From Candidatus Brocadiia bacterium (lineage in GTDB: Bacteria; Planctomycetota; Brocadiia; SM23-32), in assembly GCA_046538485.1 (NCBI GenBank), contig JBKHIT010000027.1, positions 1-61,090 on the forward strand: DNA of 61,090 bases, given 5' to 3'. Shown here piece by piece: positions 9,526-19,568 of this stretch. The notes under the pieces were generated by a model. The model ran no database searches, was not told where the DNA came from, and saw only the letters and a program-made list of their open reading frames with translations. Within the stretch, counting starts at the first letter, position 1; the number at the start of each line of letters is the position of its first letter. A program made the position numbers and the translations under genes.

Positions 9526-10440
9526 ATGCAAATGAGCGATAGTGCCCCGCAGGATCAAGAACATCCAGAGATAATACATCAGTTTCTCGTTGAAGAAGAG
9601 CCCCACTACGTAACCGTGGGAGGTGAAACCGACTTTTTTAAAAGTGCTTTTGAGCAGAAAATTCCGCTTCTTCTCAAAGGGCCGACCGGTTGTGGGAAAA
9701 CCCGTTTTGTCGAACGCATGGCATACGAGATGGAACTGCCTCTGATTACCGTTTCGTGCCACGAGGATCTCTCTGCGGCGGATTTAGTGGGTCGTTTCCT
9801 TTTTAAACAAAATGAAACGGTTTGGGAAGACGGCCCCCTTACCCTTGCGGTTCGTTATGGGGGGATTTGTTATCTGGATGAAATTGTCGAGGCCCGGAAC
9901 GATACGACCGTTATTGTCCATTCTCTAACAGACCACCGCCGGTTACTGTATATCGATAAGATTCAGGAAGTGATCCGCGCCCACCCCGATTTTATGATGG
10001 TTCTCTCCTACAACCCGGGTTACCAGAATGTCAGAAAAGATTTAAAAGAAAGCACCAAACAGCGTTTTTCTGTCATTAGTTTTGATTATCCCCCGGTCGA
10101 TCTGGAAACCCGCATAGTGATGGAAGAAGCAGGAATCAAAGAAAGGTTGGCCCGCACCCTTGCCGAGATGGGGGAAAAGATCAGAAATCTCAAAGGATAC
10201 GGTTTGGAAGAGGGGGCCAGCACAAGGCTTCTTGTTTACGCGGCGAAGCTGATTGTCGGGGGTGTTGCGCCGCGTGATGCGTGCGCTGGAGCGATATCTC
10301 GCGTTCTCACCGATGACAACGAAATTATGGCGTCGGTCGAGGACATCTTAAATTTGTATTTCCCGGCGGAAAGTGAACAAGAAAATGACTCGCCACACGC
10401 TGAAAAGTCGACGGTCGAGCCATCAATCCCTGATGAATAG
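9526..10440 (+). CDS. CbbQ/NirQ/NorQ family AAA+ ATPase
   Basis: GPTGCGKT Walker A, CHEDL, CYLDEIVEAR, SYNPGYQ, KDLKESTKQRF, GLEEGASTRLLVYAA. Confidence 0.92.
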   Translation: MQMSDSAPQDQEHPEIIHQFLVEEEPHYVTVGGETDFFKSAFEQKIPLLLKGPTGCGKTRFVERMAYEMELPLITVSCHEDLSAADLVGRFLFKQNETVWEDGPLTLAVRYGGICYLDEIVEARNDTTVIVHSLTDHRRLLYIDKIQEVIRAHPDFMMVLSYNPGYQNVRKDLKESTKQRFSVISFDYPPVDLETRIVMEEAGIKERLARTLAEMGEKIRNLKGYGLEEGASTRLLVYAAKLIVGGVAPRDACAGAISRVLTDDNEIMASVEDILNLYFPAESEQENDSPHAEKSTVEPSIPDE

Positions 10441-10457
10441 AACTCTCTCCCCATTAG

Positions 10458-12905
10458 ATGTCCTCTCAAAATAACAGTCAAGAAAGTTCTTCCCCGGTTG
10501 CTGAATTGATGGAACGCATGAAATTCGACCTGCGTGACGTCACCTGGGGGTACCAGGAACTTTTTCGCGAGATCATCGTTGAACTTTTCGAAGCCGACCT
10601 TCTGGGAGAGGCGAACCAGGAGGTAACCGAGGATTTTTTTGAGATCCTCAGTCACAGCGACAAATCCGGTTTCGACATGGTTCTGAAAAGCTATTTAGCC
10701 GCTTTGAAGGGGCAATACCGATGGATTATGAGACTCCCGCGCCTCTTTGAACGCTGGAGTCGGACGGGGCTACAATTGGCGAGGGAACGGTATTTTCTTG
10801 GAGCGCGATTCTTCGAGTTCAGCGGCGAAGGGCGTCTCGGGACAAAACCGAAAGATGTCGAATTCGCGCTGGATTTGATTGTGTATCTTGAGCAAGAAGA
10901 GCCGGAATTAATCGGTCCCTTGCTTGAGGGGTACGAAGAGCTTGCGCGAGAGCTCGATCACGATGCTATGCGCCAGTACATCGCCAATGCGCTCACACTG
11001 CAGCGTCGGAACCCCGAATCGGCCCGGCGTTTTCTGGCAGGAGAACTGGATACTTCGCGGATTTATATTGAAAAACTGAGTTCTCAAGCCGCCCTCTCAG
11101 ATTGCAAGTCGGGTATGGAGCGCCTGGGTCAGGCGGTTTCCGGGCACAAAATGGAGGTCGACGACCTCGGACGCCTCGACTCCGACGATCTGCAGGAACG
11201 AGGAAGCGTGCTGGTTGCGTGCGGACACGCAATGTACCTCCCTCAAAAGATCAGTGAATTCCCGGAGCGAGAACTCAATGAACAGGTCTACAAGACCATG
11301 GTCTCTACCGCCTGCGCTTCCCAATTGGCGGATAGTTTCTCCACAAGGCATGGCCAGGATGGGCTTGAGACTTGCTGCAACCTTTTTGACAGCATGCAAA
11401 TGCCGACGACGCCCGTTTGCTCGCTTTTCTATGTTGCCGAACTCTATAGAACCATGCGGTTTTGTCACCAGCATTTCCCCGGAATGGAGCACGGGCTCCA
11501 GCAGTTGGTCGATCTTGAGTTTCAAGGGTCGCCCCCCATTTCTGCTTCTGATACGCTGATGGCTTTGTTGCTCGGTCGGGAACTCGAAGCGCCAGTTGAG
11601 CTGCGGGAACTTGCCGGCCTCGTAAAGGAGGTTGCTTCCGAAAGCGACAATTTTGAGACGACAAGGGATCTTCTGGCCGAGAGTTACCACCGCCAGCATC
11701 GGGATATACCTCGATTGAATCTGCCTCGGGCCGTGTGTTTCTTCCCCGACCCGATATTTCCCATGACGATTACGACTGCCGGGGCCGATCAGCTCACGGC
11801 GGATCTGCACCAGGCCAGCGAAAGTGAGCCTCCCGACGAAGAGGAAGCGCGGGAAGAAGAAGCCGAGAAAGAAGAAACGGCTCCGGAAGCCGAAGAAGGC
11901 GGTTCGGACGAAGGGGAAGAAGAAAAGCCGGAGGGAAAAGGGGCACGGCCCGTGGGATATTATTACGATGAGTGGAACGTCCAGGTCGGGGATTATATGC
12001 GGGATTGGTGTTGCGTGCAGGAGGTGGAACCACCGCAACGCAGCCGAGAAACGGAGCTTTCTGATTCGATCCAGCGATACGCCGACCAGGTGCGTAAGGT
12101 TTTTGAACGCTTGAAACCCGAAGAAATTAGCAAAGAAAAGCGTTTGATAGATGGAGATGCCATAGAAATCGACGATCTGATCGAATTCATCGCAGAGGGG
12201 CAGGAACGGAAAAACGCAGAGACACGATTTTACACGAAACCGCTGGTCAAACAGAGAGATCTTGCTGTCGTCATTCTGCTCGATGTCAGTGGTTCCACGG
12301 CAGAAGAGACGGGCGAAAAAGGCGGGGAAGAATCCGAGAGTCGCTCGGGCGCAGAAGTTCCCGAACTCTCGGATGACCGCGGAGCCCAGACGGTTCTTGA
12401 GGTGGAAAAGGAAGCGGCTTTTGTCCTGGGGACAGGCCTGCGAAAGCTGGGGGACAATTTTGCGGTCTACGGTTTCACAGGGAACGGGCGTGAGAATTGC
12501 CTTTTTTATAATTTTAAAGATTTCGAAGAGGATTGGGATCAGGAAACTCTGAGGGAATTGCTGTGTTCCCTGCCGGGCTCCGCCACCCGAATAGGAGCCG
12601 CGTTGCGTCATGCGGGATGGAAACTCAGCCACCGCGAGGCCAAAACGCGTCTGCTTTTGTTAATTACCGACGGCAAACCGTGTGACCAGGGCTACGATAC
12701 CGAATCACACTACGCCCAACACGATATTCGGAAAGCTTGCCAGGAAAACCGCCGGGAAAGTATTCATACTTTCTGCGTCTCTACCAGCGAAAACCGCCCG
12801 GCGGATATGGAACTGATGTTTCCTCAGGGGCGGTACTTGATTCTTGAAGATATTCGCAAATTGCCCGCGGTGCTCTCTCGCCTCTACCTCAAGATTACCT
12901 CCTGA
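10458..12905 (+). CDS. CbbO/NorD-like VWA-domain adaptor
   Basis: YYDEWN..DY..DWC, LLDVSGST MIDAS, TRIGAALRHA, LLLITDGKP; 17 bp downstream of the AAA+ gene. Confidence 0.88.
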   Translation: MSSQNNSQESSSPVAELMERMKFDLRDVTWGYQELFREIIVELFEADLLGEANQEVTEDFFEILSHSDKSGFDMVLKSYLAALKGQYRWIMRLPRLFERWSRTGLQLARERYFLGARFFEFSGEGRLGTKPKDVEFALDLIVYLEQEEPELIGPLLEGYEELARELDHDAMRQYIANALTLQRRNPESARRFLAGELDTSRIYIEKLSSQAALSDCKSGMERLGQAVSGHKMEVDDLGRLDSDDLQERGSVLVACGHAMYLPQKISEFPERELNEQVYKTMVSTACASQLADSFSTRHGQDGLETCCNLFDSMQMPTTPVCSLFYVAELYRTMRFCHQHFPGMEHGLQQLVDLEFQGSPPISASDTLMALLLGRELEAPVELRELAGLVKEVASESDNFETTRDLLAESYHRQHRDIPRLNLPRAVCFFPDPIFPMTITTAGADQLTADLHQASESEPPDEEEAREEEAEKEETAPEAEEGGSDEGEEEKPEGKGARPVGYYYDEWNVQVGDYMRDWCCVQEVEPPQRSRETELSDSIQRYADQVRKVFERLKPEEISKEKRLIDGDAIEIDDLIEFIAEGQERKNAETRFYTKPLVKQRDLAVVILLDVSGSTAEETGEKGGEESESRSGAEVPELSDDRGAQTVLEVEKEAAFVLGTGLRKLGDNFAVYGFTGNGRENCLFYNFKDFEEDWDQETLRELLCSLPGSATRIGAALRHAGWKLSHREAKTRLLLLITDGKPCDQGYDTESHYAQHDIRKACQENRRESIHTFCVSTSENRPADMELMFPQGRYLILEDIRKLPAVLSRLYLKITS

Positions 12906-13032
12906 AATCAGTTCTTGACCTTCAGGTTCAGTCTGCGCGGATCATTTGCGTATATCCTGCGTGTCTGTTAATAAGAGACCTGTTGCCAGTACCATTGTCA
13001 GAGACCTGGTAAAACTGCTCGGAGGGAGAATC

Positions 13033-14091
13033 ATGTTCGAAGCCGGAGTTGTTTACAGGAATGAAGATTCATATTGCGGGCCCATATCTATGCTTACCAA
13101 ACTCCCCGGTGGTGAATTGCTGCTGGCTTTCCGGGAAGCGAAATGGCGCGAACGCGTCACACACCGGGATCCTACAACCAGGGTTTCCCTCTTGCGATCT
13201 CGGGACGGAGGGCTGACGTGGTTCAGTCACGTCACTCCGGACGCGGCGGGAGGTAACGGTGTCGGGCTCACGCGGCTTTCAAACGGGATTGTTATTGTGA
13301 CGGCTTATCACTGGCGCTACGCGCTTTCGGATGATGCCAGGGAATTGGAAGGAATGCCGCGGCAGGGTGAAGACGGAGCTTTTGGATTGCCGTATGCGGG
13401 AGCCGGTGTTTTTCGCACATTTTCCCATACGGACGGTTACACCTGGGAGGATAGCGTCCATATTGAGGAACCTCCCGGATGGCCAGATATCGCCTGCCAC
13501 GCACAGCCGATTGAGCTCCCGGACGGCGATTTGCTGCTGCCTGTCACGGGACGTAAAGGACCTGAGGGGCAATCACACGGTATGATTTTGCGTTCGGAAG
13601 ATGAGGCTCTTACGTGGGGCGATCCGGTCTGTATGACAGATGACGCGCCCGACGATGTGAATTTTCACGAAACCCGCCTCGTGCTTTGCCCCAGTGGGAA
13701 AATCGTCGGGATGCATCGAACACCGGACGGGAATTACTGGCAAAATGTTTCGACCGACGGCGGTCATTCCTGGAGCGAGAGCATGGAAACGCCGATATGG
13801 TGTGGAGGCAGCAGTCCGCCTGATCTACGCCTTCTTGATGATGGGCGGTTGCTCTTGACGCGTGGTTACCGACGGGAACCTTTCGGCGTCCGGGCGTATC
13901 TCAGTGACGACGAGGGCGAGAGCTGGAGTGTGGACAATCCCATTGTGCTTCGGGATGACGGACTCGACCGGGATGTGGGCTATCCAAGCACGGCCCAGCG
14001 CGAAGACGGCAGTATGCTCACGGTGTATTACTGGCACGAAGAGGACCAGATCCGGCATTTGCAGCGAACCATCTGGGATTTGCCCGATTGA
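13033..14091 (+). CDS. BNR/Asp-box sialidase-like beta-propeller
   Basis: Asp boxes SRDGGLTW, STDGGHSW, SDDEGESW; DVGYPS; GGAGGG RBS before ATG 13033. Confidence 0.85.
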   Translation: MFEAGVVYRNEDSYCGPISMLTKLPGGELLLAFREAKWRERVTHRDPTTRVSLLRSRDGGLTWFSHVTPDAAGGNGVGLTRLSNGIVIVTAYHWRYALSDDARELEGMPRQGEDGAFGLPYAGAGVFRTFSHTDGYTWEDSVHIEEPPGWPDIACHAQPIELPDGDLLLPVTGRKGPEGQSHGMILRSEDEALTWGDPVCMTDDAPDDVNFHETRLVLCPSGKIVGMHRTPDGNYWQNVSTDGGHSWSESMETPIWCGGSSPPDLRLLDDGRLLLTRGYRREPFGVRAYLSDDEGESWSVDNPIVLRDDGLDRDVGYPSTAQREDGSMLTVYYWHEEDQIRHLQRTIWDLPD

Positions 14092-14148
14092 AGGCATTCA
14101 AGGGACGGATCAAAAACAGTTACAAGCGGCGCCTGCACTAATATGTTA

Positions 14149-15195
14149 TTACTCGACAATCTTGGCGACTTTTTCGCTGGTGGGGTTTTTGATCAGACCT
14201 TTTTCAGTGATAATTGTAGCGATATGCCCGGCCGGCGTAACGTCGAAAGCGGGGTTGTAGACTTCAATACCCTCCGGGGCAATCTGGCGTCCGCCCCAGC
14301 GAGTTATCTCTTCAGCGTCACGTTCTTCGATGGGGATCTCCGAACCATCGAAAAGGCTCATATCGAAAGTGCTTATGGGCGCTGCCACGTAGAATGGCAC
14401 GCCGTGTTCACGGGCATTCACGCTGAGACTGTATGTGCCGATTTTATTCGCAGTATCGCCGTTAGCAGCGATTCGATCGGCTCCTACGATGATGGCGTCG
14501 ATTCGGCCTTCTTTCATGACCTGTGCTGCCATGCTGTCGCAAATCAGTGTGACTGGAATGCCGGCCTGTTTCAATTCCCAGGTTGTCAGCCGCGCGCCCT
14601 GCAGAAGTGGTCGCGTTTCGTCGGCGAATACGGAGATTTCTTCCCCTGATTCGTGGGCGGCGAACATCACGGCGAGGGCGGTTCCGTAATCGGCAGTGGC
14701 GAGTCCCCCGGCGTTGCAGTGCGTTAATAATTTATCCCCATCGTCAATCAATTTTGCGCCGTTACGCCCGATTGCGCGACAAATTTCCTTATCTTCTTCC
14801 TGGATACTGAGTGCCTCAGCAAGGAGTCGAGGTTTGAGCTTATCTAAGGGGAGGGTTTCGTGCTCAAGGGCGGCTTTTTCCATTCGGTCCAGTGCCCAGA
14901 ACAAATTAACGGCCGTTGGCCGACTGCCCTTGAGATATTTTTTTGCTCTCCGAAGATCCTCTATGAACACCTCGAAGTTCTCTGCGTCTGAATCCCGGAT
15001 TCCCAGTACCAACCCCATCGCAGCGGCTACACCGATAGCCGGTGCCCCGCGGACACGCAGAGTTTTAATGGCTTCCCAGACTTGATCCAGGTGCTCGCAC
15101 TTTACGTACTTGAACTCAACCGGCAGCAAGGTTTGATCGATTAGCTCGACGTAACCATCGATACCGCCGATCCATCGGATTGTTTCTTGTGGCAT
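14149..15195 (-). CDS. mtnA: S-methyl-5-thioribose-1-phosphate isomerase
   Basis: VRGAPAIG, RPTAVNLFWAL, THCNAGGLAT, ETRPLLQGARLT, GADRIAANGDTANKIGTY, NPAFDVTP. Confidence 0.95.
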   Translation of the reverse strand: MPQETIRWIGGIDGYVELIDQTLLPVEFKYVKCEHLDQVWEAIKTLRVRGAPAIGVAAAMGLVLGIRDSDAENFEVFIEDLRRAKKYLKGSRPTAVNLFWALDRMEKAALEHETLPLDKLKPRLLAEALSIQEEDKEICRAIGRNGAKLIDDGDKLLTHCNAGGLATADYGTALAVMFAAHESGEEISVFADETRPLLQGARLTTWELKQAGIPVTLICDSMAAQVMKEGRIDAIIVGADRIAANGDTANKIGTYSLSVNAREHGVPFYVAAPISTFDMSLFDGSEIPIEERDAEEITRWGGRQIAPEGIEVYNPAFDVTPAGHIATIITEKGLIKNPTSEKVAKIVE

Positions 15196-15228
15196 TAGCT
15201 CCCCCTGTCATTGTTAGAACAAGAGAAC

Positions 15229-16458
15229 TCAGGCCCCGTATTTGTCGAGTAGAGCGGCATTTGCCAGCAGCAACGACATCAAATGTGTCGCATGGAAAAT
15301 GCCGAGAGGGCCATTATTGCAGGAATGTTCAGTAAATTCTTCCAGACCGGAAGGATCACATTGTGCGGAATGAATAAGAAGCGGCACAGGATGCCAGCTA
15401 TGCAGTTCCATGCAACAAGGGGTTGAATGGTCGCCGGTGATCGCAACTGCATCAGGTTCGGCATCCAGCAGCATATCAAGAGATTGATCGACTTCTTCAA
15501 TGACTCGAACTTTCTTGTCGAAATCCCCGTCTTCGCCGCCCTCATCGGTTTTTTTTACGTGAATAAAGTGGTAGTCGTAATCCTCCCGCGTATCGAGATA
15601 GGTCTGGAATTCGTCTTCGACGCTTTGGCCCGTTTCGATGAGATCCATCCCCGCGAGTTTTGCCAGCCCCCGGTACATGGGGTAGGTGGCGATAGCGCCG
15701 GAGCGCAGGCCGAACCGATCTTTCATGGAGGCGAGATCCGGTAGTTCTGCAATGCCCCGAACAAGAATCGCGTTGATCGGATCCCCACCGTCGAGAATTT
15801 CGAGGGCGCGTTCCTGGAACTTACTCACGATCCGCGCAGCTTTTTCGGCCTCCGGGCGAAGAGCCTCGGCTTCATGAAGTGGCTCTCCATTCTGGTGTGG
15901 GTCGGTGTCATGCACCCCTTCGGCAAGCCCAGGGCCGCGAAATACAACAGCAAAACGGTGTCCTTTGGCAGCTTTTATAATGACCTTAACATCTTCAATT
16001 TCGGGGATTTCTTCCTGCAACAAGCGGCAACGCTCGGCGCTGACTTCGGTCTCAGGACGTCCCGCGCGCCTGTCGATGATAACACCGTCCTGGCGTGTGC
16101 AGAAATTGCAGCGGGCCGCAATGTCTCCAATTTTGACCTTCATATCGATTCCGAGGGCTTCCATCACACCGCGGCCAATCATGATTTCTCGGGGATCAAA
16201 ACCGAACAATCCCAGGTGCGCGGGGCCGCTGCCCGGAGTGATTCCATAGTCGACCGGAATAATCCGTCCGAGACTGCTGCGCCCGGCCAGCTCATCCATG
16301 ACGGGAGTTTCCGCTTCTTCAAGGGGAGTTTGCATCCCAAAATCGGGGTGGCGAACGTCCCCAACGCCGTCCATTATGAGGAGTATCAGTGACATATCTT
16401 CGTGCGGCCACGCACTGCAATCTTTCACAAGGCTTTGAACGATGTCAGGTGTTTCCAT
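15229..16458 (-). CDS. apgM: 2,3-bisphosphoglycerate-independent phosphoglycerate mutase (ApgM type)
   Basis: MDGVGD, TPGSGPAHLGLFG, DRRAGR, HVKKTDEGGEDG, TGDHSTP, HSWHPVP. Confidence 0.9.
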   Translation of the reverse strand: METPDIVQSLVKDCSAWPHEDMSLILLIMDGVGDVRHPDFGMQTPLEEAETPVMDELAGRSSLGRIIPVDYGITPGSGPAHLGLFGFDPREIMIGRGVMEALGIDMKVKIGDIAARCNFCTRQDGVIIDRRAGRPETEVSAERCRLLQEEIPEIEDVKVIIKAAKGHRFAVVFRGPGLAEGVHDTDPHQNGEPLHEAEALRPEAEKAARIVSKFQERALEILDGGDPINAILVRGIAELPDLASMKDRFGLRSGAIATYPMYRGLAKLAGMDLIETGQSVEDEFQTYLDTREDYDYHFIHVKKTDEGGEDGDFDKKVRVIEEVDQSLDMLLDAEPDAVAITGDHSTPCCMELHSWHPVPLLIHSAQCDPSGLEEFTEHSCNNGPLGIFHATHLMSLLLANAALLDKYGA

Positions 16459-16704
16459 GGAACCTTCCTAAAATGCTGGAATCCAATCAGATAACCGGGT
16501 TGTGACAGGAAAAAACCGGCTGCGACAGTCCAGAACCAAAGTATATTAGCCGGGTATGAGACTGTCAAGACAGTTGCCTGTGGCGACAGGGATGCCCTGG
16601 TATCGCTCTAACCCGGGATTGGTACGCTTGTGTCAGGTTCGCGCTGGTGGTTTGAACGTTTTTTTGTCTTTGGCGCAATGCTGCCCCGATTTGTGGCAGA
16701 GGAT

Positions 16705-18216
16705 TCACCGCTTGATCGTGATGGCCGGACGCTCAGTGTGCCAGTCGGTCGCTTCCTGATAAGATTTTGTTGCAACGAGGAGATCTTCCTCCGCCCAGGA
16801 GGGCCCCATAAGTTGCATCCCAACGGGCAATCCCCCCTCGGTGAATCCGCATGGAACCGAGATTCCGCAGATACCCGCCAGATTACACGATATGGTGAAC
16901 ACGTCGCTCAAGTACATTTCAAGCGGATCCTCAGTTTTTTCGTCGATCTTGAAGGCTGCGGTTGGCGTTGTTGGGGCGAGAAGCAGATCGACTTCTTCCC
17001 AGACCCGGTCGAAATCCTGCTTGATAAGGCGGCGGACCCGGCCCGCTTTGAGGTAGTAGTCGTCGTAGAAACCGCTGCTCAATGCGTGAGTTCCGAGCAT
17101 GATGCGGCGTTTAACTTCATCGCCGAATCCTTCGGCACGGCTCTGGCGGTACATGTCAATCATATCCTCGGCATTTTCCGCGCGATGTCCGTAGCGAACA
17201 CCGTCGTATCGGGCCAGATTGCTGCTGGCCTCGGCCGTGCAGAGGATGTAATAGCAGGCTACCGCAAAGCTTGAAATTTGTTCATTCTCGATATCAAGGC
17301 GGCTGTGTGGCAACGAGACGTCTTTAAACTGGACCCCGAGAGTTTCAAAAAGTTTCTGTGCTTTTTCCACGCGGTCTCTTACATCTGGGTCGAGACCATT
17401 CACCGGGAAGAATTCCTTCGGGATACCGAACGTCATGCCCGTGACGGGCGCGTCGATTAGTTTTTGGTAATCGGGGACCGGAGCATCCGTGCAGGTTGAA
17501 TCGCGGTTGTCCGGCTGCGCGATTACCTGAAGCAGCGCGGCGAGGTCTTGTGCCGTGCGGGCGAATGGCCCGATCTGATCGAGCGAACTGGCGAATGCGA
17601 CCAGTCCATACCGACTGACTCGCCCGTATGTCGATTTCATACCCAATGTGCCGCAGAGCGCGGCCGGTTGTCGGACGGAACCGCCGGTATCGCTTCCCAG
17701 TGCCATGGGAGCCATGCCCGCGGCGACCGCGGCGGCGCTTCCTCCGCTTGAGCCGCCGGGTATGCGATCGGGATCCCAGGGATTATGCGTGATTTTAAAT
17801 CCGCTGTTCTCTGTGGAAGACCCCATCGCAAATTCGTCCATATTGGTCTTCCCGATGATAATGGCATCCTCATCCATAAGACGTTTCACGACGTGTGCGT
17901 TGTATGGGGGGACAAAGTCTTCGAGAATCCGTGATGCGCAGGTGGTGGGGACATCCCGGGTGCACATGTTGTCTTTGACGGCGACGGGAACTGCGGCGAG
18001 CTGCCCCAGGTTTTCACCGGCTTTGCGTTTGTCATCAAGCTCCCGCGCGCGGAAGCGAGCTTCCTTTTCGAGCACTGTCAGGAACGCGCCGACGTCTTCG
18101 TCGCGGGCGTGGATGATATCTAGTTGTTCCTCGACGATTGCGCTTGCACTGTGGCGTCCGTCTATAAAAGCGTCTCTGATTTCGAGGGCTGTGAGTTCGT
18201 CGAGAGGGGTTTCCAT
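16705..18216 (-). CDS. gatA: Asp/Glu-tRNA amidotransferase subunit A
   Basis: KTNMDEFAMGSSTE, GGSSGGSA, GSDTGGSVRQPA, SSNLARYDGVRYG, EVKRRIMLG. Confidence 0.95.
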   Translation of the reverse strand: METPLDELTALEIRDAFIDGRHSASAIVEEQLDIIHARDEDVGAFLTVLEKEARFRARELDDKRKAGENLGQLAAVPVAVKDNMCTRDVPTTCASRILEDFVPPYNAHVVKRLMDEDAIIIGKTNMDEFAMGSSTENSGFKITHNPWDPDRIPGGSSGGSAAAVAAGMAPMALGSDTGGSVRQPAALCGTLGMKSTYGRVSRYGLVAFASSLDQIGPFARTAQDLAALLQVIAQPDNRDSTCTDAPVPDYQKLIDAPVTGMTFGIPKEFFPVNGLDPDVRDRVEKAQKLFETLGVQFKDVSLPHSRLDIENEQISSFAVACYYILCTAEASSNLARYDGVRYGHRAENAEDMIDMYRQSRAEGFGDEVKRRIMLGTHALSSGFYDDYYLKAGRVRRLIKQDFDRVWEEVDLLLAPTTPTAAFKIDEKTEDPLEMYLSDVFTISCNLAGICGISVPCGFTEGGLPVGMQLMGPSWAEEDLLVATKSYQEATDWHTERPAITIKR

Positions 18217-18285
18217 ATCATTTTGGCTTTGTCTGAAGAATCGGGGAGATTTGCAGGGATGCGGTGTATGTGGAACGGGCCACGA

Positions 18286-19170
18286 TCAGTCATTGCCCAC
18301 GCAGTGATCTTTCCAGCTGTTTTCACCAAGGTTGCCACCGGTGCCGCTATCATATATTCCGTGATGCGCGCCGACATTCAGGACAAAATCATTCCGTTCG
18401 AAGTCACGTGTTGTGTGATGGAAACAGCGGATGACGGGAACGCAGGATCCGTACCCATCCGCCCCTCCCATCCCATCCATGTCGACGGCCTCCTTGTATT
18501 CCCGCCAGCTGGCCACGCCGTCGCCATTGCCTTTGTCATCGATATCGCCCGCCTGGGCGCCGGCGAAAGGGCACCGTGCGACGGTGAACTCGTAGATGTA
18601 GGAGCAGGCCGTAACGCTGTCATTGCGAAAAAGGTACGGTTCCTGGGTGACGCCTCCGAATGTGACCTGATACGCGCCGTCTCCACTGGGGTAGTTAGCT
18701 GATTCCCACGCGGCGGTGCCGCACTGGTTGGATGGAAGTTCGTCGGTTTCGGGGTACTGGACAGGGTCCCATTCGGGTTTGCTTCCTTCAGCACCTTCTG
18801 TTGTATCGGAAGGGCAAATCAACAATTCAGGATTGTCCAGGTAGTCCGGGACCATAGCCGACAGGTAAGCCGGACGAGGCCGTCCATGCATATTGTATTG
18901 CTGGAGGGCCAGAGCCGTCTGATGTAGATTGCTTCGGCATTTGCCACGCTTTGCCGCCTCGCGAGCAGCGCGTAGCGCCGGCATCAAGAGCGCCGCAAGG
19001 AGAGCTATAATGGCGATGACCACCAGCAGTTCGATGAGAGTGAAAGCGCCATTCTGCACGTGAGCCGATATGCTTCGATCAATATTCGATCCTGGGCGAC
19101 GATTGAGAGTCCTCATTCTGTCAACCCAGCGACCAAAGTTTTGATGGATTGTTGAGGATGGGCCTGCCAT
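18286..19170 (-). CDS. Prepilin-type N-terminal cleavage/methylation protein (DUF1559-like)
   Basis: [32 protein letters not shown]...CRSNLHQ; AAGGAG RBS. Confidence 0.88.
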   Translation of the reverse strand: MAGPSSTIHQNFGRWVDRMRTLNRRPGSNIDRSISAHVQNGAFTLIELLVVIAIIALLAALLMPALRAAREAAKRGKCRSNLHQTALALQQYNMHGRPRPAYLSAMVPDYLDNPELLICPSDTTEGAEGSKPEWDPVQYPETDELPSNQCGTAAWESANYPSGDGAYQVTFGGVTQEPYLFRNDSVTACSYIYEFTVARCPFAGAQAGDIDDKGNGDGVASWREYKEAVDMDGMGGADGYGSCVPVIRCFHHTTRDFERNDFVLNVGAHHGIYDSGTGGNLGENSWKDHCVGND

Positions 19171-19568
19171 CTTGTTCTCCTTTTCAGCATTAAAGCCGCG
19201 CGGATGGTTTTTTGTAAGAACATCCCGAAGCCTATGATATTCCCCCGTTTTGCCGTCCGCATTTTTTATGAGCTGCAGTCTATTAGGACGTGAGGTACTT
19301 ACTCTTCCTGAACCCCGTTATCAATAAGGCACATACTGCATGCTCAAAGAACGGATATTTATAGTTTACCAGAACCATCCTCAGCACTGCAACACTAACT
19401 GTGCCCGCAAAAACAATTTTGTCGGCAGAGGCGCGGGCAATTAAAAGCCCGTTTTCACGGGCGCAACACGTCAAGATTCGGCACGAGCCCATGGACTGTG
19501 CAGCTGAGATCAATTGTGCTTTTGCCTTCCTCGCATGTCCAGTGCTGAAGGCGCCCGGGAGATTCGGG

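Noticed and set aside
11097..12632. Long antisense ORFs (also 58000-59355, 49317-50375, 51878-52795)
   Set aside because: Shadows of well-supported genes on the opposite strand, with no motifs of their own.
19381..19548. 9-bp inverted repeat TCAGCACTG/CAGTGCTGA as MITE ends
   Set aside because: Too short, and no target-site duplication.
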